From contig CAYYUZ010000001.1 of assembly GCA_964475005.1 (NCBI GenBank), forward strand, positions 19,780 to 83,779: 64,000 nt of DNA, in the 5' to 3' direction. Positions 1-9,140 of the stretch are shown piece after piece. Position 1 is the stretch's first letter; every line of letters begins with the position of its first letter. The notes below the pieces were generated by a model, which saw only the letters and a list, made by a program, of their open reading frames with translations, was not told the origin of the DNA and searched no databases. The position numbers and the translations under genes are program-made. This DNA comes from an uncultured Spirochaetales bacterium. Its GTDB lineage: Bacteria > Spirochaetota > Spirochaetia > JABEVK01.

Positions 1-515
1 CCGCCAAAAGAACGCGGCTCGACGCTGCTAACACGGCCCCAGGAGGCAGGGGGAGAAACTGCCTGGATGCCGAAGAATGGCCGTAGGGGAATCTCTTGTC
101 CCCACGGCAGCAAGGCGAGGTTGCGTGTGAGGTCAAAGGGAACGAACAAGAGCCGTTTGGCCGAAAAGTCCGCCGGCAAGGCGCCCTTGAGCGGCCACAG
201 TCCGTTCCAGCCCCAGGGCTGACGGACCTCCACCGACAGAAACCGCACCGAGAGTGTGTCGCCGGGTTCGGCTCCGCGCACTTCGATCGGTCCAGTGAGA
301 ATGTGGGGTCCTGGTCCACCGGTACCGTTCAGGATTTCAGAATGTTCCTTGAGGAGCGGAAAGGGCGAATCGGCAAGATCGGTTCTCGTACCCGACGGCA
401 GGGTGTCGACTTGAACGACATCACCGCTGTCGATGGAAAGGACGGGTTTCAGGGCGGCGTCGAGGAATCCGGTATGGGTGGTGGTCGCCGTGGCTGGCAG
501 AACGTGCTGGGCCAC
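1..515 (-). CDS. acetamidase/formamidase-family amidohydrolase (FmdA/AmdA-like), 5' part only; gene runs off the left edge
   Basis: Minus-strand frame is open from GTG at 515 down to nt 1. The translation (...HILTGPIEVRGAEPGDTLSVRF...) carries the HxLTGPI..GAEPGD signature of the acetamidase/formamidase family. An AAGAGG RBS lies about 8 nt upstream. The listed plus ORF 96..521 is its antisense shadow. Confidence 0.5.
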   Translation of the reverse strand, partial: MAQHVLPATATTTHTGFLDAALKPVLSIDSGDVVQVDTLPSGTRTDLADSPFPLLKEHSEILNGTGGPGPHILTGPIEVRGAEPGDTLSVRFLSVEVRQPWGWNGLWPLKGALPADFSAKRLLFVPFDLTRNLALLPWGQEIPLRPFFGIQAVSPPASWGRVSSVEPRSFG

Positions 516-517
516 GC

Positions 518-919
518 TTAGGCCTCTTTCGGACGGCGGACCACAAAATCCACTTCAACTAAGGCTCCCAGGGCCAGTTCCGCCACGCCTATGGTGGTTC
601 TGGCGGGCAGGTTGTTCGCGGTGAAATACTGGTTGTAAACGGCGTTGAAGGCCGCGTAGTCGCGCTTGAAGTGTGTCAGAAAAATGCGGACAAACGCGAC
701 ATCGGCGAAGACGGCCCCGACCGCATTCAGGACGGACTGCAAGTTGGCAAAGACTTGTCGTGTCTGGCCCTCCGCAGTGTCGGCAAGCGGAGCGTCAGGG
801 TGAAGCGGATCATTGCCTATTTGACCGGTCACGAACACCAACCCCCCGGCCTCGACCGCGTGGCTGTAAGGCGTCACCGGCTTGGGGGCGTCTGCAATGT
901 GATAGTGTTTGAGCGACAT
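518..919 (-). CDS. RidA/YjgF (Rid family) reactive-intermediate deaminase
   Basis: Rid/YjgF-like sequence over the full length (GLVFVTGQIG...VFLTHF). AGGAG RBS 6 nt before ATG at 919; the longer ORF to 946 has no RBS. Confidence 0.8.
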   Translation of the reverse strand: MSLKHYHIADAPKPVTPYSHAVEAGGLVFVTGQIGNDPLHPDAPLADTAEGQTRQVFANLQSVLNAVGAVFADVAFVRIFLTHFKRDYAAFNAVYNQYFTANNLPARTTIGVAELALGALVEVDFVVRRPKEA

Positions 920-969
920 GAAACTCTCCTGGAGGAAGCTGACCAAAAAACTTGGCCAGCCTCAAAACG

Positions 970-1956
970 TTACTTCAGAGCGGCTTCTAGGAAGCTTGTG
1001 TCAATGGCGGCTTGGAATCCGGCGAGGTCAGGAGCGGTTTCGATGGCCTTCTGACCCACCAGGAAGTCCGCAGTGCTCTTCAGAGTGTCCGCGAAGGGAC
1101 CTTTCTGCGCACCGGTTCCCAAGTATTTCACCTGGTCCTGAAGGCTCAGCCAGATGAAGCCCTTGGCCTCCTTGAGGGCCTCGGTCTTGTCGACGCCGAG
1201 TTCGGCGGCCAGAGCGGTTCCCGCCTCGTCTTCGCTGCTCTTGTAGAGGTCGAGGGCCTTCTGCTGAAGCTTGAGGTAGTTGACGACGATCTCGGGGTAC
1301 TTCTTGGCGAACTCCGAGTCGACAAGTTCCACCAGGGCCGTCACCACGCCTTTTTCGGCGAGCTTGCCGCTGTCGGTCAGTTCTTGGCCCTCGCCGGCGT
1401 AGAGTTTGCTTAGTGTCGGTTCCCAAACGTAGGCGGCATCGAGGTCTCCCCGGGTCCAGGCGGCGAAGATGTCTTGAGGCTGCAGGTCGAGGATCTTCAC
1501 GCTGGCGGGGTCGACGCCCTCCTGTTTCAGCGCGCTTAGGAGGCTGTAGTGCGTCGTTGAGGCAAACGGCACACCAACGCGCTTTCCAACGAAGTCTTTG
1601 ATCGAGGCGATCTTGGCCTTGGTCTTTACCGCCAAGGCTTCGCCGGAACCGATGATTTCATCGATGTAGATCAAGCTGACCTTGTTGCCCCGCGAGATGC
1701 CAACAGCCGCCGGAGTGCTACCCAGCAGGCCGAACTGGATGCTGTGCGAGGCGAAGGCCGTGTTGAGGTCTCGACCCGAGTCGAACTGTTTGAAAACAAC
1801 CTTGGCCCCAAGCTGGGCTTCGTACCACCCTTTGTTCTTGGCGATCAATTCGCCGTAGGGGGTGACCTGGTAGCCGATGGTCACCACATCGGGCTTCGAG
1901 GCGCAACTGCCCAGCAGCAGAGCCGCCGAGAGGACGGTCAAAAGTCTTGCAGTCAT
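970..1956 (-). CDS. ABC transporter substrate-binding protein, NMT1/TauA/SsuA-like (sulfonate/taurine family)
   Basis: Signal peptide MTARLLTVLSAALLLGSCAS (lipobox-like). Close paralog of 46573..47580, sharing runs such as KQFDSGRD.NTAFASGS and GSTTHYSLLSALK. RBS GGAGAC before ATG at 1956; the listed ORF start at 2019 lacks an RBS. Confidence 0.8.
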   Translation of the reverse strand: MTARLLTVLSAALLLGSCASKPDVVTIGYQVTPYGELIAKNKGWYEAQLGAKVVFKQFDSGRDLNTAFASHSIQFGLLGSTPAAVGISRGNKVSLIYIDEIIGSGEALAVKTKAKIASIKDFVGKRVGVPFASTTHYSLLSALKQEGVDPASVKILDLQPQDIFAAWTRGDLDAAYVWEPTLSKLYAGEGQELTDSGKLAEKGVVTALVELVDSEFAKKYPEIVVNYLKLQQKALDLYKSSEDEAGTALAAELGVDKTEALKEAKGFIWLSLQDQVKYLGTGAQKGPFADTLKSTADFLVGQKAIETAPDLAGFQAAIDTSFLEAALK

Positions 1957-2051
1957 GAGAGTCTCCTTAAAGATGAGTAATACGATCGATTTAGTAAAAT
2001 ATAAGAGAACCTTCGACATGTCAACCTACTCAGTTGATAAGATGTATTATT

Positions 2052-2969
2052 CTAGAGAACGAACCTCATCCTGTCGCGCCCCACCGTGATTTTGCCCCTG
2101 AAGATCGAATCCATCCCTCGAACATAGTCGTTCTGGGCCTCGGTCGTTTCAGCCGGTCCTGGAATGTGATGGGTGAGCACTAGGTGTGTTACCCCGGCGT
2201 TGCGGGCCTGCTGGGCCGCTTCGAGAGTCGTGCTGTGGTAGCTGGCGGGTTTTGCCAAACCGGCCGTCTGGTCGGGGTGGAGCCGGATCAGTTCGTCGAG
2301 CCACTCCTTGTTGTACGCTTCGTGGATCAAGAGGTCGGCGCCCCGTGCCTGGTCCACCAACGCCCTAACGGGAACCGTGTCTCCGGAAATGACGGCCGAC
2401 TTTCCCTGGTACTCGAACTTGTATCCAACGGCTGGCGTCACGGGCCGATGATCCACCGGAAAGGCTGTGACTCGGAGCCCTTCTCGGTCAAAGACCACGC
2501 CGAAGTCGTTTTCCTGGTATTCGATGTCCGCTCCTTGCTCTGCCGACCGGTTGAACCCGACCCGTAGGGCAATATCGTAGGCAAACGAGGCATATTGCGA
2601 CCCGATGATGGTCCTGGTTCCTGTCGGTCCGTACACTTGGAAGGGCACCTGTCGTCCTTCAAAGACGGATTCGACGGTCACATGGGTTCGCCAACTGGAA
2701 ATGAACAGGTCGAAGAACCCCGAATTGTGGTCGCTGTGATGGTGGGTGAAGAAAACCGTATCGACCCGCTGGGGAGCGATGCCGGCGTCCAGAAGCCTGT
2801 CGACGGTACCGCCTCCGCAGTCGACGACAAAGGTCTTGTTACCCGCTAGGACAGCCACCCCGGCCTTTCCCCTTCCAGGAAACGAGCGCGGCGTGCCTGT
2901 GCCCAGCAAGACTAGGGTCAGGTCTTCAACAAAGGAGGGAAAGGGGTTGTTGAGCGTGGCTAGCTGCAT
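2052..2969 (-). CDS. MBL-fold metallo-hydrolase
   Basis: HHHSDHNSG metallo-beta-lactamase motif (HxHxDH) and downstream His/Asp ligand pattern. AGGAG RBS 5 nt before ATG. Confidence 0.75.
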   Translation of the reverse strand: MQLATLNNPFPSFVEDLTLVLLGTGTPRSFPGRGKAGVAVLAGNKTFVVDCGGGTVDRLLDAGIAPQRVDTVFFTHHHSDHNSGFFDLFISSWRTHVTVESVFEGRQVPFQVYGPTGTRTIIGSQYASFAYDIALRVGFNRSAEQGADIEYQENDFGVVFDREGLRVTAFPVDHRPVTPAVGYKFEYQGKSAVISGDTVPVRALVDQARGADLLIHEAYNKEWLDELIRLHPDQTAGLAKPASYHSTTLEAAQQARNAGVTHLVLTHHIPGPAETTEAQNDYVRGMDSIFRGKITVGRDRMRFVL

Positions 2970-2977
2970 GAATTCTC

Positions 2978-3985
2978 CTATTTCTTTTTCTTAACCTCAG
3001 TCAGGTAAGACAGATCAAGGAACGGGTCTAGTTTGAGGTCGGCCGCGGTGACGCCCCGAAGGTACCCGGCTTCCAAAGAGGCTTGGGCGAAGATCTCCAG
3101 GGAGGAGAGGCTGACTTGATCGGTCAGCGACAGATGATCCAAAGCGGCTTTGACCAAGGGAGGGTCTATGCCTTTTCCCGTCAGCGTCTTGAGCTGGTCG
3201 CTGACCGAGGTCCACGACTTTTCGGGGGAGGCTTTCAGGAAGGCGATGCCCTCAAGGTTGCTCTTGATCACGGCCAAGGCCCAATCACGATGATTTTTGA
3301 GGAAATCATCGGAGGCGACAAGAATGGTCAGCGGGTACTTGCCGTCTTCGGGAGGAATCTTGTCCCAGTCGACAAGCACCGACCCTAGCCCTGCCTCAAC
3401 GATTTGGGTGCCCCAGGGTTCTGGCAGGAGCGCCGCATCAATTTGCTTCTGGCGAAACCCGGTAATGGTGTCGGCCGGAGCGCGGGTTACGATCTGAACT
3501 CCCGAAGCGTCATCGGTGACCTTCAAGCCGAACTGCTTCAGAAGCAGGCGGAGCGAGATCTCGTTGGTGCTGCCTTTGGTCGGGATCGCCACGGTCTTGC
3601 CGTTCAAGTCAGTCACGTTTTTTATCCCGGCCTCAGAGCGGACCACCAAAACGGCTCCCCCATTGTTTGACCCTGAGATCACCCGGAAGTTCTTACTCTT
3701 GAGGTATTGGTTGATCGCAGGACCTGGGCCGACGAAACCAATGTCCAGTTGACCCGACGCCAGCGCGGTGGAAAAGTCTGAACCGTTGTTGAAGGCCGAG
3801 ACCTCGATCTTCACCGCAGGGCCGAGGTTCTTTTGAAGGATGCCCTCCTGCAACGCCACCAAGGCCGGAGCGTGGGTCACATTTTTGAGAAGACCGAAGC
3901 GGACAGTGCCCGCCCCTTCGGCAAAGGCCGAAAGCGATGCAAGGCCCAATAGGCCGACCGCCGCAAAACGCAGTAGTACTTTCAT
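2978..3985 (-). CDS. ABC transporter substrate-binding protein (NitT/TauT family)
   Basis: Signal peptide MKVLLRFAAVGLLGLASLSAFA. Periplasmic-binding-protein architecture. First gene of the SBP-permease-ATPase leftward operon. Confidence 0.75.
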   Translation of the reverse strand: MKVLLRFAAVGLLGLASLSAFAEGAGTVRFGLLKNVTHAPALVALQEGILQKNLGPAVKIEVSAFNNGSDFSTALASGQLDIGFVGPGPAINQYLKSKNFRVISGSNNGGAVLVVRSEAGIKNVTDLNGKTVAIPTKGSTNEISLRLLLKQFGLKVTDDASGVQIVTRAPADTITGFRQKQIDAALLPEPWGTQIVEAGLGSVLVDWDKIPPEDGKYPLTILVASDDFLKNHRDWALAVIKSNLEGIAFLKASPEKSWTSVSDQLKTLTGKGIDPPLVKAALDHLSLTDQVSLSSLEIFAQASLEAGYLRGVTAADLKLDPFLDLSYLTEVKKKK

Positions 3986-4758
3986 ACAAGACTCCTTTTT
4001 CTTTCGGGGCTGAGTCCATACCGGACCAGAACTCGGTTTTCAAGGGACTGGAACAAGAGGTGGTCCATGACCGTTCCGATGACGGCAATCACCAGGACCA
4101 CGCACAAGATCATGGCCGTGTCGCCGATATCACGGCTGTCTTGCAGGGTCTGGCCCAGGCCCAACCCGCGCGACAGCAACTCTCCGGCGGTTAGGGCCCG
4201 CCAGGCGAAAGCCCAGGCGACCCGCACACCGGTCATCAGATGGGGAAACGAACCCGGAAGAACGACTTGAAGGAACAACCTCACACCGGTGCCCGTGCCC
4301 AGCATGCCGGCGGCCCGGGAGTACAGCGGCGGCAAGTTCAGTACGCCCGTCCGGGCGGCCAAAGTCATGGTCCAGGTTGCACCGATCGTGGTGATAAACA
4401 CGACCGCAACGTCGTTGAGCCCGAACCAGATAATGGCGAAAGGCAGCCAGGCAATGCTGGGAACCGTTTGAAGCGCCACGACCAGAAAGCCGAAGGTGTC
4501 GTCCACCCACCGGAATCGCGCAAAGAGAAAGCCCAACAGAGTGCCTAGAACCACAGCCAGGGCGAACGAGAAGAGAATGCGCCCGAGGCTGGCGAGAATG
4601 GCCCCGAGGAGCTTTCCGGTTGTTACACCATCGAGGAAAGCCTGCGCGGTCTGAAGAGCAGAAGGGAATTTCCATCCCCAGCCGAAGATCCTAAATGCCG
4701 CTTCCCAGGCTATCACCAGCAGAAGGAGGAAGGCGGCTCTCCGCCAAGTGGTATTCAA
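3982..4758 (-). CDS. ABC transporter permease (NitT/TauT family, TauC/SsuC-like)
   Basis: Six-TM BPD_transp_1 permease core. The listed ORF (to 5058) overlaps the upstream ATPase by more than 360 nt with a non-membrane-like N-terminus. The true start is probably a TTG near 4758, just inside the ATPase 3' end; the exact start is uncertain. Confidence 0.65.
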   Translation of the reverse strand: MNTTWRRAAFLLLLVIAWEAAFRIFGWGWKFPSALQTAQAFLDGVTTGKLLGAILASLGRILFSFALAVVLGTLLGFLFARFRWVDDTFGFLVVALQTVPSIAWLPFAIIWFGLNDVAVVFITTIGATWTMTLAARTGVLNLPPLYSRAAGMLGTGTGVRLFLQVVLPGSFPHLMTGVRVAWAFAWRALTAGELLSRGLGLGQTLQDSRDIGDTAMILCVVLVIAVIGTVMDHLLFQSLENRVLVRYGLSPERKRSLV

Positions 4759-5536
4759 AATCCAGTTCCTGTTTGAGGACCTTTTCGAGTTCTTCAGCGA
4801 GGTCCTCCATGATGATTTCTTCCAGACCGACAAGGTCCGGATCAGTCGCTCTCCGAGGCCGAGGAGCCGCGACCACAAGGTCACGCTTGATCCTTCCGGG
4901 AAGGGTGCCCATGACGACAACCCGATCCGAAAGTAGAAGCGCTTCGCGGATATTGTGGGTAACGAAGACGACAGTCCTTCCCGACTTGAGCCACAATTCC
5001 TCAAGGTCTTTCTGCAGAACGAACTTGGTTTGTTCATCGAGTGCGGCAAACGGCTCATCCATCAGCAGAATTTCCGGACTTATGACTAGTGCCCGGGCGA
5101 TGGCCGCGCGCTGTTTCATTCCCCCCGAGAGCTCGTGGGGAAAGCGGTCCGCGAACCGGCCCAGATGAACGGCTTGCAGTTGCTCTTGAGCCAGGGCCAC
5201 CCGATGCGATCGTTGAACGCCCCGTTGCTTCAGCCCAAAGGCGACGTTGTCGACAAGTGTCAGCCACGGAAACAGGGCAGGCTCCTGAAAGACCACGACC
5301 CTGTCGGGACCGGGACCGCCGACTTCCTGGCCGTCGATAAGAACAGAACCGGAGTCGGGCCGGTCAAACCCGGCCATGAGGTTGAGCAGAGTGCTCTTGC
5401 CACAACCAGACGGACCGACAAGGGAGACGAAAGTCCCCTTCTCGACCTCCAGGTCGAGATTTTCCAGAGCCAGGAACGGCTTGCGGCGGTTTTGGGAGAA
5501 AGACTTGCTGACACGGTCAACGGCAATTTGGGCCAC
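4691..5536 (-). CDS. ABC transporter ATP-binding protein (NitT/TauT family, SsuB/TauB-like)
   Basis: Walker A GPSGCGKST, signature LSGGMKQR, Walker B LLMDEP. Confidence 0.85.
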   Translation of the reverse strand: MAQIAVDRVSKSFSQNRRKPFLALENLDLEVEKGTFVSLVGPSGCGKSTLLNLMAGFDRPDSGSVLIDGQEVGGPGPDRVVVFQEPALFPWLTLVDNVAFGLKQRGVQRSHRVALAQEQLQAVHLGRFADRFPHELSGGMKQRAAIARALVISPEILLMDEPFAALDEQTKFVLQKDLEELWLKSGRTVVFVTHNIREALLLSDRVVVMGTLPGRIKRDLVVAAPRPRRATDPDLVGLEEIIMEDLAEELEKVLKQELDFEYHLAESRLPPSAGDSLGSGI

Positions 5537-5631
5537 GAGATCGATACTGTACTTAATCGCTCATATAAGTCAAGTATATCTTGCAACAAATGTTTCTTTG
5601 TCACAGGACAAGGTTAATTATCTAAGGTACC
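5537..5631. promoter_or_regulatory. AT-rich divergent control region between ssu/tau-like ATPase operon and ECF transporter operon
   Basis: 95-bp AT-rich gap in an otherwise GC-rich region between divergent starts. Contains TCATATAAGT and GTCAAGTATATC words that recur in other promoter gaps of the island (45707; 24165). Confidence 0.4.
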
Positions 5632-7293
5632 ATGGCACTTATGGTATCCGCACCCGCCTTGTCCGTCCGAGACCTTTCTTTCCAATACCGTCTGGGAACC
5701 CGACCCGCCTTAAGCTCCCTTTCGTTTGATCTGGAGGCGGGCGAAATTCTTCTGGTAGCTGGGGGAAGTGGAAGCGGCAAGTCGACCTTGGCCCGGTGCT
5801 TGAACGGACTGATTCCGAGATCCTACCGCGGCACGGTTGCTGGTTCCATCGTCTACCAAGGCCAAGACGTTTCGGGGCTCAGCCTTTCGCAACTGGCGCT
5901 TCTGGTTGGAACTCTGCAGCAAGACCCCGAAAAGCAAATCGTTGCCAGCCACGTGGCCGAAGAAGTCGCATTTGGGCCTGAGAACTTGGGCTGGCCGCGG
6001 CCGCGCATTCGAGACGCCGTTGAACGCACGTTGGAAGAACTAGGAATCTCTCATCTGCGCGACCGCGAGACCTTTCACCTCTCCGGCGGAGAGAAGCAAA
6101 AGGTCGCCTTAGCGGGGATACTGGCCATGGAACCCAAGGTCCTCCTCCTCGACGAACCGCTGGCGAGTCTGGATCCGAAATCGGGGCGGGAAGCGCTGGC
6201 CTTGATTCGGGCGCAGGCTCTTTCGGGCCGGGCCGTAGCCGTCATCGAACATCGTATCGAGGAGGTCCTGGGACTTTCTCCCCGGAGAGTCCTCCACCTC
6301 GAGGACGGCGTGCAGCGCTTCTGGGGTGGGCTGGACGGATTTCTGGACTCGGTCGACCCTGGGACCATGAAGCTTCCTGTGGAACACCTGCTGAAATTTC
6401 AGGGATACCCAAGTTCTCCGCCTCTTAGTCAGGCCAGTCGGTCAACTCCGGTTGTTGCCGAGTTTGACAACGTTGGGTTCTGGTACACGCCGGGGTTTCC
6501 GGTCCTGAGCCGGATTGGGTTCGCACTTCGGCGCGGGGACAGGATCGCCATCATGGGACCCAACGGGGCCGGGAAGTCCACGCTGATGAAGCATCTGATT
6601 GGGCTCCTTCAGCCCAAAGAAGGGAGGGTGGTGGTGCGCGGCCAAGAAACACGGTCAACGACCGTGGCGCGCCTGGCGGCTGACGTGGGGTACGTCTTTC
6701 AGAATCCCGGCCACATGCTGTTTGCCCCGACGGTGAAAGAGGAGCTGGCCTTTGGGCCGCACAACCTCAAGCACCCTGCCGACCGCGTCGAACGCGCCTG
6801 CGCCCACGCGCTCGACGTGGCGGTGTTATCGGGTACCGAGGAGAGGTCGCCGCTGAGCCTCTCTTTTGGCCGGCAGAAGCGGCTGGGGATCGCCGCCGTG
6901 CTCGCGATGGGGAGCCGAATCCTGGTCCTCGACGAGCCAACCGCCGGTCAGGATTACGCCAGTCAAAGGCGCTTTATGGACGAAGTGAGCCGACTGGAAA
7001 ACTTCGATGCTCTTGTTTTCATCACCCACGACCTTGATCTGGCGCTGACCTACGCCAACCGCGTCCTTCTGGTAGCCGATGGCACCCTGGCCGCCGATGG
7101 AAGCCCCGAGGAGGTCTTGACGCGGCCGGAGCTGTTGGAACGGTGTCATCTGATTCCGACATCGCTCCTGGAACTGAACAAGGCCGCCTTCGCGTTGACG
7201 GGGCGCTTCGGTGGGCCCGACGTCTTTCGTTCCCTCCCCGAGAAAAACAAAAAAGCTATACTTGATAATGACTATAGAATTGGTAGACTTTGA
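5632..7293 (+). CDS. ECF transporter ATPase, fused tandem EcfA1-EcfA2
   Basis: Two complete ABC domains: Walker A GGSGSGKST and GPNGAGKST; signatures LSGGEKQK and LSFGRQKR. Confidence 0.85.
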   Translation: MALMVSAPALSVRDLSFQYRLGTRPALSSLSFDLEAGEILLVAGGSGSGKSTLARCLNGLIPRSYRGTVAGSIVYQGQDVSGLSLSQLALLVGTLQQDPEKQIVASHVAEEVAFGPENLGWPRPRIRDAVERTLEELGISHLRDRETFHLSGGEKQKVALAGILAMEPKVLLLDEPLASLDPKSGREALALIRAQALSGRAVAVIEHRIEEVLGLSPRRVLHLEDGVQRFWGGLDGFLDSVDPGTMKLPVEHLLKFQGYPSSPPLSQASRSTPVVAEFDNVGFWYTPGFPVLSRIGFALRRGDRIAIMGPNGAGKSTLMKHLIGLLQPKEGRVVVRGQETRSTTVARLAADVGYVFQNPGHMLFAPTVKEELAFGPHNLKHPADRVERACAHALDVAVLSGTEERSPLSLSFGRQKRLGIAAVLAMGSRILVLDEPTAGQDYASQRRFMDEVSRLENFDALVFITHDLDLALTYANRVLLVADGTLAADGSPEEVLTRPELLERCHLIPTSLLELNKAAFALTGRFGGPDVFRSLPEKNKKAILDNDYRIGRL

Positions 7294-7333
7294 CAAATCG
7301 GTGTCTGCGGGCATCCGATCAAAGGAGGTTTCC

Positions 7334-8277
7334 ATGAGCAATCCGTCCCTGACCCCCAAGGTGAACAACCCTTGGGTCCAACCCCTGATCCCGCTCCTTG
7401 TGGTGGCGGCGGTCTCTATCGGTCTCTTGTATCTCGGTGGTGTTCTGGCCTACGCCCGGGGTGCCACCGACGACGCGGCTCTGCCCTTGACCCGCTGGGT
7501 CGGCGTTGTGGTTGCAGCGGTGGTCATCCTGTACTTCTTGTATGTCAGTCAGGCAGAAAAGGACGTCTGGGCGTTTGGGACGCGTCAGGTGGTCTACGCG
7601 GCTATCGGTGCGGCGTTGTACGGGGTTCTCTCGTGGCTCACCAATGTGGTCCAACTCCCTTCGATCAGCCTCGTAGCCCTCCGCCCGGCCATCGTCATCC
7701 CAGTCTTCTTCGGGGTGGCGTTCGGGCCCGTGGTCGGGTTCTTTGCGGGCTTCGTCGGAAATATCTTGGGTGACGCGCTCACCGGTTGGGGCGTGTACCC
7801 CCTGTGGGACGTCGGCAACGGCATTCTCGGGTTGGTGGCTGGTCTGGTGCTCGCGTTCAAGGACAGCCGGAGGGCTGTCAACGCGCTCACCATCGTCGTC
7901 GCCGTCGTCGCGATTGCGGCCTCGGTTCTCTTGTGGCTGAACGCCGGCTTTACTGTGAGCGACTTCAGCGGCAAGAAGAACGCCGTTGGGCCCTGTGGTG
8001 GCTTCCCCTTCTCGGGGGAGGCTTGGTCGTGGCCGCTCGTTTTGTCTTCCTCAAGGCTGCCGACCTGGCCGCGGCCGAACTCTGGGGCGCCTTTGGTATC
8101 CTGATTGGCATTGGGTTTGCCGCGTTCGGGGGCATCTTGCAGAACGGCACGACGCCCGGCGCGGCGCTTTTTGGCGAATTCGTGCCAGCGGCAGGATCCA
8201 ATCTGGTGAACTCGGTGATCCTGTTGCCCATTCTGCTGACCGCATGGAACGCCGCGCGGTCACGAACAGGCCGCTAA
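7334..8277 (+). CDS. ECF transporter S (substrate-capture) component-like integral membrane protein; reading frame switches near 7985 (apparent frameshift)
   Basis: AGGAGG RBS then ATG 7334. Highly hydrophobic multi-TM product in frame 1 to about 7985. Frame 1 then becomes non-membrane-like and stops at 8104, while frame 2 (ORF 7786..8277) continues as membrane-protein sequence (ALWWLPLLGGGLVVAARFVFL...) to just before the ecfT RBS and has no own start codon. Confidence 0.55.
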
Positions 8278-8303
8278 GGAGTGAAACGACCTGGAGAATC
8301 CGG

Positions 8304-9140
8304 ATGCTGGTGAGTTGGCCCTACCGAGAACGGGATACCTTCTATCAGAGGCTAGACCCCCGTTCCCGGATCCTTTTTTCGTTTCTGGGCATGCTCAGCC
8401 TGACCCTGTTTCAAGTCTGGGACCTGCGTATCCTGGCTATCTACGGGGCGGCGGGTGGGATTCAACTTCGGCTCTCGCGGGTCACCCTCCGAGAGAGCCG
8501 CACCCTGTGGTCCATCCTGTTGTTTGTCGCAGCGAGTCTGACCCTTCTGACCCTGGTAACCGGCAAGGGCGGCGGTGACTCGTTTGTCGACTCCCACCTT
8601 CTTTGGCAGTCTCCGTGGCTGACGCTGAGCGTGGAGAGGCTGACGTTTGCTGTGTCGCAGTTTGTTCGCATCGGTATCGTCGTGCTGTTGTTTGCGCCCC
8701 TGCCGTACACCCTCCACCCGGCCCGCTACGGGCTTGTCTTCCACAAGTTCGGCGTCGGCGACAAGTTTGCCGTGGCCACCGACTTGGCGTTCCGGTTTGT
8801 TCCCAACCTGGCCCAAGATTTTGAGACGACGATGGAAGCGCAGAAGGCCAGGGGGTACGAGTTGGACCGTGCCGGCGGCCTGTGGCGGGCCCTGCGAAAT
8901 CTGGCACCGCTTCTGGTGCCCGTGACGATCGGCACCATCTTGAAGGGGGAAGACGTCATCGACGCGCTCGACCTTCGCGCCTTTGGTTCGGGGCCTCGGA
9001 CCTGGTACCGTGAGCTACATTTCCGCGCCGTCGATTGGATCGTCAGTATCGTCGCTGTCGGTCAGTTTGTCACCCTGGGCTTGGCTGTCGGGCTCAACAC
9101 CGACGTAGGCCGACTCTGGGTTCCGCCATGGTTTCTTTGA
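8304..9140 (+). CDS. ecfT: ECF transporter transmembrane (T) component EcfT/CbiQ family
   Basis: CbiQ-like TM protein. ATG 8304 in frame with the long ORF; the upstream part of ORF 7986.. is an overlap with the S-component tail. Confidence 0.75.
   Translation: MLVSWPYRERDTFYQRLDPRSRILFSFLGMLSLTLFQVWDLRILAIYGAAGGIQLRLSRVTLRESRTLWSILLFVAASLTLLTLVTGKGGGDSFVDSHLLWQSPWLTLSVERLTFAVSQFVRIGIVVLLFAPLPYTLHPARYGLVFHKFGVGDKFAVATDLAFRFVPNLAQDFETTMEAQKARGYELDRAGGLWRALRNLAPLLVPVTIGTILKGEDVIDALDLRAFGSGPRTWYRELHFRAVDWIVSIVAVGQFVTLGLAVGLNTDVGRLWVPPWFL

Noticed and set aside
96-521. Plus-strand 141-aa ORF at the left edge
   Set aside because: Low-complexity Arg/Gly-rich translation. It lies exactly antisense to a minus-strand frame whose product carries the formamidase/acetamidase HILTGPI..GAEPGD motif, so it is a GC-rich shadow ORF.
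3982-5058. Long N-terminal extensions of several listed ORFs (3982..5058, 17731..18933, 56828..58141, 29685.., 11484..12128)
   Set aside because: The extensions overlap upstream genes or are low-complexity. Internal starts with good Shine-Dalgarno sequences (or coupling overlaps) give products of family-typical length.
7786-8277. Listing 7786..8277 as an independent gene
   Set aside because: No start codon or RBS is in frame near where the membrane-like sequence begins. The membrane-like translation begins where the 7334 frame loses it. It is treated as the frameshifted continuation of the S-component gene.
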